This document shows positions 11,432 through 21,294 of a DNA stretch of 64,000 nt, piece after piece. The stretch comes from Acidobacteriota bacterium (GTDB taxonomy: Bacteria; Acidobacteriota; Thermoanaerobaculia; Gp7-AA8): contig JAFATB010000009.1 of assembly GCA_019244185.1 (NCBI GenBank), positions 1 through 64,000 of the forward strand, read 5' to 3'. The first letter of the stretch is position 1. Each line of letters begins with the position of its first letter. The translations under genes and the position numbers were made by a program. The notes under the pieces were generated by a model that did not search any database, was not told where the DNA came from, and saw nothing but the letters and a program-made list of their open reading frames with translations.

Positions 11432-12259
11432 ATGCTGGATCGTATGAAGGGACCGACGCTGAAGAATCGCGACGAGATCGCGATCATGGACCGGGCCAAC
11501 CGGGTCGTGGTCGAGATCCTCGAGAAGATGCGCGAGATGGTCCGCCCCGGCGCGACCACCGCACAGCTCAACGCGATGGCCGAGGAGGAGCTGGCGAAGC
11601 GCGGCGCGAAGTCGCCGTTCAAAGGCTACGCTCCGATGGGCCTGCCGCCGTATCCGGCGGTCGTCTGCACGTCGGTCAACGATGTGATCGTGCACGGCAT
11701 CCCGAATCGCGCGAAGCTGCAGGAGGGCGACATCATCGGCCTCGACTTCGGCTCGATTCTCGACGGCTTCGTCGGCGACGCGGCCATCACCGTTCCGATC
11801 GGAAAGGTGACGCCGGCCGCCGAGAAGCTGATGGCGACGACGCGCGAATGCCTCGAGCTCGCCATCGAAGAGATGCGTCCGGGCCGCCACATCGGCGACA
11901 TCGGCGCGGCGGTGCAGGAGCACGCGGAGTCGCGCGGTTATCACGTGATCCGCACGTTCGTCGGACACGGGATCGGCCGCCGGATGCACGAGGATCCGCA
12001 GGTCTACAACTACGGCCGCCGCGGACGCGGCATCGAGTTGCGCGAGGGAATGGTCCTAGCCATCGAGCCGATGCTCTGTGAGATCGGCGCGAAGCTGCGC
12101 TCGCGCATCGAGCGCTCGGGGACGAACGGCGTCATTCAGGACGTGAAGACGGACGCCGATGGCTGGACGGCGCGGACGGTCGACGGAACGCTCGCCGCGC
12201 ATTTCGAGAATTCCGTCGCGGTCACGGCCAACGGGCCGCTGGTGTTGGGGAAAGCGTAA
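11432..12259 (+). CDS. map: Methionine aminopeptidase type I
   Basis: CTSVNDVIVHGIP, GHGIG..MHEDP, AIEPM, AHFENSV. Confidence 0.97.
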   Translation: MLDRMKGPTLKNRDEIAIMDRANRVVVEILEKMREMVRPGATTAQLNAMAEEELAKRGAKSPFKGYAPMGLPPYPAVVCTSVNDVIVHGIPNRAKLQEGDIIGLDFGSILDGFVGDAAITVPIGKVTPAAEKLMATTRECLELAIEEMRPGRHIGDIGAAVQEHAESRGYHVIRTFVGHGIGRRMHEDPQVYNYGRRGRGIELREGMVLAIEPMLCEIGAKLRSRIERSGTNGVIQDVKTDADGWTARTVDGTLAAHFENSVAVTANGPLVLGKA

Positions 12260-12280
12260 GCAGGAAGCAAAAAGGAAAGC

Positions 12281-12499
12281 ATGTCGAAGGAAGAAGCGAT
12301 TGAAGTGACGGGGACGGTCCTGGAAACGTTGCCGAACGCGATGTTCCAGGTGGAGCTGGAGAACAAGCACAAGGTTCTGGCCCACATCTCCGGCAAGATG
12401 AGAAAGCACTTCATCCGCATCCTTCCGGGCGACAAGGTCCTGGTCGAGCTCTCGCCGTACGATCTGACGCGCGGGCGCATTACGTATCGATACAAGTGA
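12281..12499 (+). CDS. infA: Translation initiation factor IF-1
   Basis: [14 protein letters not shown]...[15 protein letters not shown]...[10 protein letters not shown]. Confidence 0.99.
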   Translation: MSKEEAIEVTGTVLETLPNAMFQVELENKHKVLAHISGKMRKHFIRILPGDKVLVELSPYDLTRGRITYRYK

Positions 12500-12509
12500 G
12501 TCAAAGACA

Positions 12510-12623
12510 ATGAAAGTCCGTTCCTCAGTCAAGCGAATCTGCACCAAATGCAAAGTCGTCCGCCGGCAGGGCGTGATTCGGATCATCTGTGAGAATCCGA
12601 AGCACAAGCAGCGTCAGGGCTAA
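12510..12623 (+). CDS. rpmJ: 50S ribosomal protein L36 (not in the ORF track)
   Basis: Manual translation [37 protein letters not shown]. Confidence 0.98.
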   Translation: MKVRSSVKRICTKCKVVRRQGVIRIICENPKHKQRQG

Positions 12624-12641
12624 ATCAGGAGCTATCGTCAA

Positions 12642-13025
12642 ATGGCACGTATCGCGGGTGTGGATCTTCCACTGAACAAGCGGGTCGAAGTCGGCCTGAC
12701 GTACATCTTCGGCATCGGCCGCACGCGCTCGAGCAGAATCCTCGGGCAGGCGGGCGTCAACAAGGACGTGCGCGTCAAAGACCTCTCCGAGGATGACGTG
12801 CGCAAGATTCGCCAGATCATCACGGATGAAGGCAAGGTGGAGGGCGATCTCCGCAAGGACGTCGGCCTCGACATCAAGCGGTTGATGGAGATCAACTGCT
12901 ACCGCGGCATGCGCCACCGCCGCGGGCTGCCGGTCCGCGGGCAGCGCACGCACACGAACGCGCGCACGCGCAAAGGCCCCCGCAAGGGCGCCGTCGCCGG
13001 CAAGAAGAAAGCCACCAAGAAGTAA
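12642..13025 (+). CDS. rpsM: 30S ribosomal protein S13
   Basis: [10 protein letters not shown]...[26 protein letters not shown]. Confidence 0.99.
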   Translation: MARIAGVDLPLNKRVEVGLTYIFGIGRTRSSRILGQAGVNKDVRVKDLSEDDVRKIRQIITDEGKVEGDLRKDVGLDIKRLMEINCYRGMRHRRGLPVRGQRTHTNARTRKGPRKGAVAGKKKATKK

Positions 13026-13043
13026 GGAGCAGGGGAAGAATCC

Positions 13044-13457
13044 ATGGCAACTGCCAGAGCACCGAAAGCGGGCGCCCGCCGCGCCGGCACCAAGCGCAAG
13101 GAGCGGAAGAACGTTCCGCACGGCGTCGCCTCGATCGCGGCGACGTTCAACAACACGATCGTGGCCATCACCGACCCGGTGGGGAACATCCTCTCCTGGT
13201 CCTCGGCCGGCCGCATCGGCTTCAAGGGATCGCGCAAAGGCACGCCCTTCGCCGCACAGGTCGCCGCGCAGAACGCGGCCCAGCTGGCGCAGGAGCACGG
13301 CGTCCGCTCGGTCGACGTGAAGGTCAAGGGCCCCGGCGCCGGCCGCGAGTCGGCCATCCGCGCCCTGGCCGCGTCCGGACTCGACATCAAGTCGATCAAG
13401 GACGTCACGCCGATCCCGCACAACGGCTGCCGCCCGCCCAAACGGCGCCGCGTCTGA
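13044..13457 (+). CDS. rpsK: 30S ribosomal protein S11
   Basis: TFNNTIV...[14 protein letters not shown]...[18 protein letters not shown]. Confidence 0.99.
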   Translation: MATARAPKAGARRAGTKRKERKNVPHGVASIAATFNNTIVAITDPVGNILSWSSAGRIGFKGSRKGTPFAAQVAAQNAAQLAQEHGVRSVDVKVKGPGAGRESAIRALAASGLDIKSIKDVTPIPHNGCRPPKRRRV

Positions 13458-13588
13458 GGCGCGAACAAACGAAGGACGATTTCGCCGGCGCGAGGCACGC
13501 GCCGGTGCGGTTTTCTCGTACGCCGAGCAGCTGCCGGCGTACACGCAACGCGCCATGGTGGCGCGGGTGCGAACGATGAGGAGGCATA

Positions 13589-14215
13589 GTGGCTCGTTAC
13601 TCCGATCCCGTCTGCCGGCTTTGCCGTCGTGAGGGAATGAAGCTTTTCCTGAAGGGCGATCGCTGCTTCAAGGACAAGTGCGCGATCGAGCGCCGCAACT
13701 ACGCGCCCGGTCAGCACGGACGCCGCCGTTCCAAGGTGCTCGGCTACGGCATCCAGCTTCGCGAAAAACAGAAAGTGAAGCGCATCTACGGCCTGCTGGA
13801 GCGCCAGTTCCGGCTCTACTTTCAGCGCGCCGAACAGCGCACCGGCATCACCGGTGAGAACCTGCTCCGCCAGCTCGAGCTCCGGCTCGACAACGTGGTC
13901 TACTCCCTCGGCTTCTCCTCCTCCCGCCCGCAGGGCCGCCAGCTCGTGCGCCACGGACACATCGAGGTCAATGGCAAGAAGATCAACATCCCCTCGTACC
14001 AGGTGCGCAAGGGCGACGTGATCCAGGTGCGCGAGAAGAGCCGCAAGAACGATCAGATCCGCCAGGCCGTCGAAACGGCGGCAGGCCGCGGCGTTCCCGC
14101 GTGGCTGCAGCTCGAGCCGGATGCCTTCCGTGGTACGGTGACGGACCTTCCGAAGCGCGAAGACATCCGCCTCCCCATCCAGGAACAGCTCATCGTCGAG
14201 CTCTACTCGAAGTAG
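13589..14215 (+). CDS. rpsD: 30S ribosomal protein S4 (Cys-containing form, GTG start)
   Basis: [16 protein letters not shown]...PGQHG...QLREKQK...LELRLDNVV...IVELYSK. Confidence 0.99.
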   Translation: MARYSDPVCRLCRREGMKLFLKGDRCFKDKCAIERRNYAPGQHGRRRSKVLGYGIQLREKQKVKRIYGLLERQFRLYFQRAEQRTGITGENLLRQLELRLDNVVYSLGFSSSRPQGRQLVRHGHIEVNGKKINIPSYQVRKGDVIQVREKSRKNDQIRQAVETAAGRGVPAWLQLEPDAFRGTVTDLPKREDIRLPIQEQLIVELYSK

Positions 14216-14227
14216 TTCATCAATCTT

Positions 14228-14269
14228 GATGGCAGGCAGGCACCCCCGCCTTCCTGCCTGCCATCTTTT
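14228..14269 (+). terminator. Terminator-like hairpin between rpsD and rpoA
   Basis: Perfect 13-bp stem GATGGCAGGCAGG / CCTGCCTGCCATC, 12-nt loop, followed by TTTT. Confidence 0.5.
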
Positions 14270-14287
14270 CGCGAGGAGGCCGCTCAC

Positions 14288-15277
14288 ATGATGTGGTCAG
14301 ATTTCCAGAAACCGAAGAAGCTCGAGTACGATCCCGAAACCCTCACTCCCAACTACGGACGCTTCGTCGCGCAGCCGTTCGAGCGCGGCTTCGGCACGAC
14401 CATCGGTAATGCGCTCCGGCGCGTGCTGCTCTCTTCGATCGAGGGCGCGGCCATCACCGCCGTCCGCGTCGAAGGCGTGCTGCACGAGTTCTCGTCGCTC
14501 CAGGGCGTGGTCGAGGACATGACCGACGTCGTTCTCAACCTCAAGCAGGTTGCCTTCAAGCTGCACGGCGGCGGCCCGAAGACTCTCTATCTCGAAAAGA
14601 AAGGGCCCGGTGTCGTCACCGCGGCTGATTTCGAACAGGATCCGGACATCGAGATCCTCGATCCGTCCGCGCACATCGCCACGCTCTCGAAGGAAGGCTC
14701 GCTCAAGCTCGAGGCGCGTCTCAAGCGCGGCCGCGGCTACGTCGTGGCCGACCGCAATGCCGACACGGACCTGCCGCTCGGCTACATCCCGGTCGACTCG
14801 ATCCACTCGCCCGTCCGCCGCGTGAACTATCACGTGGAAGGCGCGCGCGTCGGCCAGATGACCGACTACGACAAGCTCGTCCTCGAAGTGTGGACCAACG
14901 GCGCGGTCTCGCCGCAGGAAGCGATCAGCCTCGCCGCCGAGCTCCTCGGCGATCACCTCCGCATCTTCAGCGCGTTCGAAACCCGCATCGAAGAGCGCGA
15001 GGAAGCCGCGGCGCCGGAAGTCGATCCGCGCATGGCCGAGATGCTGGCCAAGCCGATCGAGGAGCTCGACCTCTCCGTCCGCTCCGCGAACTGCCTCAAG
15101 AACGCCAACATCCGCACCCTCGGCGATCTCGTGCAGCGCACCGAGCGCGAGATGCTGTCGACCAAGAACTTCGGTCGCAAGTCGCTCGACGAGATCAAAG
15201 ACGTTCTCGCCAGCCTCGGCCTGTCGTTCGGCATGTCCCGCGCCGCGGTCGGTTCCCGCGCCGACATGCGCGACTAG
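14288..15277 (+). CDS. rpoA: RNA polymerase alpha subunit
   Basis: [21 protein letters not shown]...HEFSSL...[13 protein letters not shown]...NFGRKSL. Confidence 0.99.
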   Translation: MMWSDFQKPKKLEYDPETLTPNYGRFVAQPFERGFGTTIGNALRRVLLSSIEGAAITAVRVEGVLHEFSSLQGVVEDMTDVVLNLKQVAFKLHGGGPKTLYLEKKGPGVVTAADFEQDPDIEILDPSAHIATLSKEGSLKLEARLKRGRGYVVADRNADTDLPLGYIPVDSIHSPVRRVNYHVEGARVGQMTDYDKLVLEVWTNGAVSPQEAISLAAELLGDHLRIFSAFETRIEEREEAAAPEVDPRMAEMLAKPIEELDLSVRSANCLKNANIRTLGDLVQRTEREMLSTKNFGRKSLDEIKDVLASLGLSFGMSRAAVGSRADMRD

Positions 15278-15310
15278 CCGTCCCGACGCACGGAGAAGGG
15301 AGTTGTTGCA

Positions 15311-15868
15311 ATGAGACATGGAATGGCAAACCGCAAGCTGGGAAGGACGTCGAGCCATCGCGCCGCGATGTTCCGCAACCAGCTCGCCTCGCTGATCGAG
15401 AACGAGCGCATCATCACCACGCTCCCGAAAGCGAAGGAGCTGCGCCCGCTCGCCGAGAAGCTCATCACGCTCGCGCGCAACGACAGCGTGCACGCGCGCC
15501 GTCAGGCCGCGCGCACGGTGCCGAACGACGCGCTGATCGCGAAGTTGTTCGACACCCTCGGACCGCGTTTCTCGACGCGCCCGGGCGGCTACACCCGCAT
15601 CATGAAGCTCGGCGCCCGCCGCGGCGACGCCGCCGAGATGGCGATCCTCGAGCTCGTCGAGCGTTCGGCCGACGCTTCCGAAACGAAGTCCGCCGCGCCT
15701 GCCGCGCCGGCGAAGTCTTCGTCGAAGAAGAAAGCCGCGCCCGCGCCGGAACCGGCGGAGGACGAGAAGCCGAAGCGCACGCGCAAAGCGGCGCCGAAGG
15801 CTGATACTGACGAAGCCGCACCGGCGGAAGAAAAACCGAAGCGTACCCGCAAGAAGAAAGAAGAGTAA
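15311..15868 (+). CDS. rplQ: 50S ribosomal protein L17 with low-complexity C-terminal extension
   Basis: [15 protein letters not shown]...RPGGYTRI...GDAAEMA. Confidence 0.99.
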   Translation: MRHGMANRKLGRTSSHRAAMFRNQLASLIENERIITTLPKAKELRPLAEKLITLARNDSVHARRQAARTVPNDALIAKLFDTLGPRFSTRPGGYTRIMKLGARRGDAAEMAILELVERSADASETKSAAPAAPAKSSSKKKAAPAPEPAEDEKPKRTRKAAPKADTDEAAPAEEKPKRTRKKKEE

Positions 15869-15885
15869 GCATCCGCGAGCTCTCG

Positions 15886-15923
15886 CGAAAAAGCCCGCCG
15901 GCGACGGCGGGCTTTTTCGTTTT
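15886..15923. terminator. Bidirectional rho-independent terminator
   Basis: CGAAAAAGCCCGCCG-gcga-CGGCGGGCTTTTTCG, with A-tract and U-tract, between convergent genes. Confidence 0.9.
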
Positions 15924-15925
15924 CG

Positions 15926-18085
15926 TCAGTAGCTCGCGTGCACCCGCGTGATCGTGAGGTCGCCCTCGTGGATCGGAATCGCAGGCGACGCGTCGCGCGC
16001 ATGCGCGAGCGCGGCGCCTTCCGCGGGCAAGCCGTACGTCGAGTCGGAGGCGACCACGTCGAGGCGTGCGTTCGCGCTGAATTCGATGTCGAACGACGGA
16101 GCGCCGCTCACGAGCGCGTACTGCCAGCCGGCCGTGCCGCGATCGCGGAAGCGCGCGGGCCGCGGCGGCGGCACGACGCCATTCACGCTGCGCACGCTGC
16201 CGCCGCGATAGAGCAGCACGATGCGTGGCGCGTTGCGCGCGGAGACGAGATGCAGCACGACGCGATCGCCGCTGCGCATGCCCGTCATCGCTACGCGTGC
16301 GAGAGGCAGATGCGGCGCCGGCGCGATCCACGCATCGTATGACCACGGCGTCAGCACGTCGCCCGCTTTGCGAAATGAAGCCGCATGCTGCAGCGGCTCG
16401 GTGAGCTTCGATGTGATCCAGAACGGTGAGCCCATGCGCGCGTCGTCGAGATACAACAGCGACAGCGTGCGCGGCCTCTCGCGCGAGATCGCCGGTGTGA
16501 CCATCGCCACGATCGCGAGCACGAGCGCGGCGGACGCGAACGCGATTGCAACTCGCATCCGTGCGAACAGCGGCGCGACGAGCGTGGCGAAGACGCCGAT
16601 CAGAATCGCGATCGCGCCGATCAGGCGTGCGCCGAGCGCGGCGTAGAGCAGCAGTCCCGGCGGAAAGAAGACGATCGCGGCGACCGTCGCGGCCACGACG
16701 CCCGTCGTCAGCGCACTCGCGCGCGACAACGCGCAGAGCGTCAACGCGATGGATGGCGCGAGAAAGAGATAGCTCGCGCCGGGCAGCACCACCGCGACGA
16801 GCACCGTCAGCGCGTGCCACACGATCGCGACGCCGTACAGCAACGCCCGCTCGTCGCTGCGCTTCGCGAAGAGCGCCGCCGCCGCCGTCGCGGCCGCAAT
16901 CCCCGCGAGCCACATCGCCGCGACGCCGGCGAACGGATGCGCGGCCCAGTTCACGTCCTCCGCGCGCAGGCGCACGAGCCAGCCGAGCACGTGTCCGACG
17001 ACGACCGCGAGCAGCATCGCCGTGAACGCGGCCAGCACGCCGAACGTCATCGCGCGCGGCGGCGTCTTCCGCGCGGCGAAGATCAGCAACGCGAGACTGG
17101 CCAGCGCGATCCAGAGCGTCCACTCCGCGGGCCACCACAGAAGGACGAACTGCAGGACGTCGAAGTACGTCGCGTCGGTGCGGCTGCGCGTGCCGAGGTC
17201 GGCGTTCGCGAAGACGCGCAGCGAACCGAGAATGTTGTCGCCGTGATGCTGCAACGTGCGCGGACTCGCATGCGCGAGGTCGTCGAACGGCGTGTGGTAC
17301 CAGTTCGCGCCGCCGATCGCGGCGAAGTTGATCGACGCCTTCTCCGCGCGCTTGAAGATCGTGACGTCGGTGTCGTTCGGCAGGAGCGTGTAGACGGCGT
17401 AGAAGAGCGACGTGGCGTTCGGATGCTCGAGGCCGCGCGCGAGCGCGCGAATGAGCCAGCGGTTGCCGCGGCTGGTCTCGAACATGTTGCTCGCGCCGCT
17501 CGTGCCGCGGTTCTCGACGTTGATGACGACGCCGACGTCGTGCAGCAGCGACGCGTCGGCGACGAAGCCCTCCGCGCCGAGGAGGCCGGACTCTTCGCCG
17601 TCGTCGACGAGAAACTCGACGCGATTGCGGAAATGCTCGCCGCGAATCGCGCGCGCCGTTTCGAGCAGCGTCGCGACGCCCATGCCGTCGTCGGATGCGC
17701 CCGGTCCCGCGCCGACGGAGTCGTAGTGCGCGACGGCGAGCACGACGTCGCCACGCGCCGATGCGCCGGGCATGCGCGCGATCACGTTGCGTACGTTGCC
17801 GCAGATCGCCATGGCGTTGCAGGCGAAGCGCTGCTGTTCGACGACGTTGTAGCCGAGCGTGCGTAATTGCGCGATGACACGCTCACGCACGCGCGTGTTC
17901 GCCGCGGTGCCGAGCGGATGCGGCGCGCCGTCGGCGAGGATCGTGCGCAACGTCGCCATCGCGCGCGTCGCGGAGAAGACGTCCCGCGCAGCGTTCGCGG
18001 GCTTTGGCGCGGGGCCGTTGCTGCGCCACAACGCGAGCACGAACACGACGGCGAGCGGAGCGAGGACGACGGCTGCGCGGCGCAT
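15926..18085 (-). CDS. Membrane-bound M28-family zinc metallopeptidase (ERMP1-like)
   Basis: AHYDSV..GPGASDDG.GVA, DGEESGLLGA, NVENRGTSG, PNDTD, YHTPFD, then multiple TM helices; start placed at MRRAAVVL. Confidence 0.9.
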   Translation of the reverse strand: MRRAAVVLAPLAVVFVLALWRSNGPAPKPANAARDVFSATRAMATLRTILADGAPHPLGTAANTRVRERVIAQLRTLGYNVVEQQRFACNAMAICGNVRNVIARMPGASARGDVVLAVAHYDSVGAGPGASDDGMGVATLLETARAIRGEHFRNRVEFLVDDGEESGLLGAEGFVADASLLHDVGVVINVENRGTSGASNMFETSRGNRWLIRALARGLEHPNATSLFYAVYTLLPNDTDVTIFKRAEKASINFAAIGGANWYHTPFDDLAHASPRTLQHHGDNILGSLRVFANADLGTRSRTDATYFDVLQFVLLWWPAEWTLWIALASLALLIFAARKTPPRAMTFGVLAAFTAMLLAVVVGHVLGWLVRLRAEDVNWAAHPFAGVAAMWLAGIAAATAAAALFAKRSDERALLYGVAIVWHALTVLVAVVLPGASYLFLAPSIALTLCALSRASALTTGVVAATVAAIVFFPPGLLLYAALGARLIGAIAILIGVFATLVAPLFARMRVAIAFASAALVLAIVAMVTPAISRERPRTLSLLYLDDARMGSPFWITSKLTEPLQHAASFRKAGDVLTPWSYDAWIAPAPHLPLARVAMTGMRSGDRVVLHLVSARNAPRIVLLYRGGSVRSVNGVVPPPRPARFRDRGTAGWQYALVSGAPSFDIEFSANARLDVVASDSTYGLPAEGAALAHARDASPAIPIHEGDLTITRVHASY

Positions 18086-18110
18086 GAGCTCGTGGATTGT
18101 AGACGGCGCG

Positions 18111-18136
18111 TGCAACTCGCGCCCGCCTGCTCCGTA
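18111..18136 (+). promoter_or_regulatory. Candidate ECF-sigma promoter
   Basis: TGCAAC-N16-CGTA, matching the SigW-like AAC/CGT consensus; a second copy lies at 60437-60462. Confidence 0.6.
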
Positions 18137-18146
18137 TGAACGCCGT

Positions 18147-18929
18147 ATGAAACACATCATCGCCGCCGCCTTCACTCTGCTCGTCGCCACCGCGGCTTCG
18201 GCCGCCACGCTCGAAGAAACGATCGACAAGACGTTCGATGTGAAGCCGGGTGCGAGCCTGGTGCTCACGAACGTGAACGGCCGCGTGACGGTCAGCGCGT
18301 GGGATCAGCCGCGCGTGCACGTCGTCGCGCTGAAGAAAGTCGAAGCCGACCGCGATGACGTGCAGGCGGCGATGCGCGAGCTGCGCGTCGAGTTGCAGCC
18401 GCGCGACGGCGGCCTCGTCGTCACGACGCACTATCCGAAGCGCGGCGACAACGGCGGCGTCTTCGACTGGCTCTTCGGCGACCACGTCGAAGCGCAGGTG
18501 CGCTACGAGGTGATGGTGCCGCGCTCGATGAACGTCGACGTGACGAACACGAACGGCGCCATCGAGCTGAGCGGCGTCACCGGACGCCACGAGCTCGACA
18601 CGACGAACGGCGGCATCGAGGTGAAGGCGTGCGCCGGCTCGCTCGATGCGTCAACGACGAACGGCTCCGTGCACGCGGAGCTGACCAGCGTCGCCGCGAA
18701 CCAGCCGGTGCATCTCGAGACGACCAACGGCCGCATCGAGCTCGCCGTCCCTCGGAACTTCGGCGCCGAAGTCGACGCGAGCACGACCAACGGCTCGATC
18801 AAGACGGATCTGCCGGTGCTGACGACGGAGACCGGGCGCAACTCGCTGCGCGGCAAGATCAACGGCGGCGGAACGCGCGTGCGCCTGCGGACCACGAACG
18901 GCGGGATCTCGATCCGCTCGCTGACCTAG
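18147..18929 (+). CDS. Secreted DUF4097-family beta-strand repeat protein
   Basis: Signal peptide MKHIIAAAFTLLVATAASA, then repeated TTNGxI units. Confidence 0.85.
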   Translation: MKHIIAAAFTLLVATAASAATLEETIDKTFDVKPGASLVLTNVNGRVTVSAWDQPRVHVVALKKVEADRDDVQAAMRELRVELQPRDGGLVVTTHYPKRGDNGGVFDWLFGDHVEAQVRYEVMVPRSMNVDVTNTNGAIELSGVTGRHELDTTNGGIEVKACAGSLDASTTNGSVHAELTSVAANQPVHLETTNGRIELAVPRNFGAEVDASTTNGSIKTDLPVLTTETGRNSLRGKINGGGTRVRLRTTNGGISIRSLT

Positions 18930-19141
18930 CGATCGGCGTCGCGTGCGATGGATGCGCGTCGCGGCACATGCGCGCGCGCTTGAGCACCATGACGATCGCC
19001 GGCACGTTGAGGAAGCGGAAGAGATCGACCGGCGCGGCAGGAATGAGGCTCATCCGCGCGGCGAGCAGCGCGGCACGGGCGGCGGATTGAGGACGCATCG
19101 CGACTTCAAACGCCGCCCGACGTGCGATTACTCCGAAGCGA

Positions 19142-19915
19142 TTACTCCGGCGTGATGTACGCCGCCGTGATGCCGCCGTCGACGAGGAACGATGTCCCGT
19201 TCACGAACGACGACTCGTCGCTCGCCAGGAACAGCGCCGCGTTTGCCATCTCCTCCGCGCGTGCGAAGCGCCCCGGCGGAATGTGCACGAGCCGCCGCTG
19301 GCGCCGCGCCGGATCGGCGAGCAACTCCGCGAGCAGCGGCGTTTCCACCGGTCCCGGGCAGAGCGAGTTCGCGCGGATGTTCTGGCGCGCGAACTCCACC
19401 GCGATCTCGCGCGTCATCGCCAGCACGCCGCCCTTGCTCGCGGTGTAGGCGATCTGCGGCACGGCCGCGCCCATCACCGCGACGAACGAGGCCGTGTTGA
19501 TGATCGAGCCGCCGCCCGCGCGCAGCAGCGCCGGGATCTGGTACTTGCAGCCGAAGAAGACGCCTTTCAAGTTGACGTCGATGACCATGTCCCAGATCTC
19601 TTCCGAGGTCGTGGTCACGGACTCGTCGTCCGGGTGAAACACCCCCGCGTTGTTGAACGCGACGTGCAGCGCGCCGTACTGCTCCTCGGCGAACCGCACC
19701 ATGCCTTCGGCGTCTTTCGCTTTCGAGACGTCCGCCGCGAAGGCGCGCGCGTCGCCCCCCGCGTTGCGGATCTCGTCCGCCGTCGCTTCCGCCGATTCCT
19801 GCTTGAGATCGACGACCACGACCTTCGCGCCTTCTTTCGCGAACAGCAGACACGACGCCTTGCCGATGCCGCTGCCGCCGCCGGTGATGAGAGCAACTTT
19901 GTCTTTCAGTCTCAT
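19142..19915 (-). CDS. Short-chain dehydrogenase/reductase
   Basis: TGGGSGIG, NNAG, YTASKGG (YxxxK), ANSLCPGPVETP. Confidence 0.95.
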   Translation of the reverse strand: MRLKDKVALITGGGSGIGKASCLLFAKEGAKVVVVDLKQESAEATADEIRNAGGDARAFAADVSKAKDAEGMVRFAEEQYGALHVAFNNAGVFHPDDESVTTTSEEIWDMVIDVNLKGVFFGCKYQIPALLRAGGGSIINTASFVAVMGAAVPQIAYTASKGGVLAMTREIAVEFARQNIRANSLCPGPVETPLLAELLADPARRQRRLVHIPPGRFARAEEMANAALFLASDESSFVNGTSFLVDGGITAAYITPE

Positions 19916-21294
19916 GCTTGTTCGAAATACCTTTTGCGTTCCCAGTCAGTGACGACCGCGTCGAACTTGCGCTGTTCGGTGCGGAAGAAGTGGAGGTAGT
20001 GCGCGACGACGTCTTCGCCGAGCGCCTGCCGCGCGAACGCGCTCCCGTCGAGCGCCGCGATCGCTTCCGGCAGCGAATGCGGAACCTGCGGCAACTCGAG
20101 CGCGCCGTAGACGTCGCCTTCGAATGCCGGCGGCGGCTCGATCTTGTTCTCGATGCCGTCCAGTCCCGCGGCGAGCGTGGCGGCAAAGGCGAGATACGGA
20201 TTCGCGTCGGCGCCGGCGGTGCGGCATTCGATGCGCAGCGACGAGCCGTGGCCGACGATGCGGAAGCCGGCGGTGCGGTTGTCGTAGCTCCACGCGACGC
20301 CCGTTGGCGCGAACGAGCCGGGGACGTAGCGTTTGTACGACGACGGATACGGCGCGAAGAACGGGAAGAGCTCGCGGATGTGCGCCATCCAGCCGCCGAG
20401 GAACCAGCGGAAGAGCGGGGAACAATGGATGGGGCCGAGGTGATCGTCGCCGGCGAAGAGCGGCTTGCCGTCGGGCGACCAGAGACTCGCATGGATGTGG
20501 CAGCTCGAGCCGGCGTAGCGCTCGTCCCACTTGGCCATGAACGTCACGGCGCGGTTGTGCTGCCACGCGATCTCTTTCGCCGCGTGCTTGTAGATCGCGT
20601 GACGATCGGACATCTCGAGAAGATCGGCGTAACGCAGACCGATCTCCTGCTGCCCCGGTCCCCATTCGCCTTTGCTCGACTCGACCGGCACGCCGGATTT
20701 TTCGAGATGCCGGCGGATCGCGCCGATGAGGTACTCCTCTTTCGTGCCCTGAAAGATGTGGTAGTCCTCGATGAGACGTCCGATCGGCTGCAGGTTGACG
20801 AAGCTCTTGCGCGCGATGTCGTCGTACGAGTCCTGAAAGACGTAGAGCTCGAGCTCGGACGCGCCCATCGCGACGTAGCCGCGTTCGGCCGCGCGCGCGA
20901 TCTGTTTGCGCAGGATGCCGCGCGGCGCGTACGGCACGAGCGCATCCGATTCTTCTTCGTAGACGTCGCACAGGACGAGCGCGGTTTTCTCGAGCCACGA
21001 CGCGACGCGTAGCGTCGACAAATCCGGCACGGGACGGAAGTCGCCGTAGCCTTTCGCCCAGCTCGTGAACTGATAGCCGGGCACGGGGTCCATGTCGATG
21101 TCGCAGGCGAGCAGGTAGTCGCACGCGTGCATGCCGCCTTCGAGCACTTCCTCGATGAAGAAGCGGCCGACGATGCGCTTGCCGACGAGGCGGCCGTACA
21201 TGTCGGGGAAGACGACCAGCACGGTGTCGATCGTGCCGTCGCCGACGAGGCGCTTCAGTTCTTTCGCGTCGATGCGTCCTGGCGTGTCGCTCAT
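19912..21294 (-). CDS. Glutamine synthetase-like gamma-glutamyl-amine ligase (GlnA4-like)
   Basis: FPDMYGRLVGKR, ASELE, KGEWGPGQQEI, TFMAK, GSSCHIH, YDNRT.GFR, RIECR..GADANPY. Confidence 0.9.
   Translation of the reverse strand: MSDTPGRIDAKELKRLVGDGTIDTVLVVFPDMYGRLVGKRIVGRFFIEEVLEGGMHACDYLLACDIDMDPVPGYQFTSWAKGYGDFRPVPDLSTLRVASWLEKTALVLCDVYEEESDALVPYAPRGILRKQIARAAERGYVAMGASELELYVFQDSYDDIARKSFVNLQPIGRLIEDYHIFQGTKEEYLIGAIRRHLEKSGVPVESSKGEWGPGQQEIGLRYADLLEMSDRHAIYKHAAKEIAWQHNRAVTFMAKWDERYAGSSCHIHASLWSPDGKPLFAGDDHLGPIHCSPLFRWFLGGWMAHIRELFPFFAPYPSSYKRYVPGSFAPTGVAWSYDNRTAGFRIVGHGSSLRIECRTAGADANPYLAFAATLAAGLDGIENKIEPPPAFEGDVYGALELPQVPHSLPEAIAALDGSAFARQALGEDVVAHYLHFFRTEQRKFDAVVTDWERKRYFEQA

Noticed and set aside
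6548-14215. Zinc-ribbon forms of S14, L36, S4 and the Adk LID
   Set aside because: These are ordinary ancestral C+ forms for the main ribosomal cluster
18859-19155. Small ORFs in the DUF4097-SDR gap (79 aa minus, 70 aa plus)
   Set aside because: No SD or recognisable motif, and they overlap neighbouring gene ends; at most a decayed fragment
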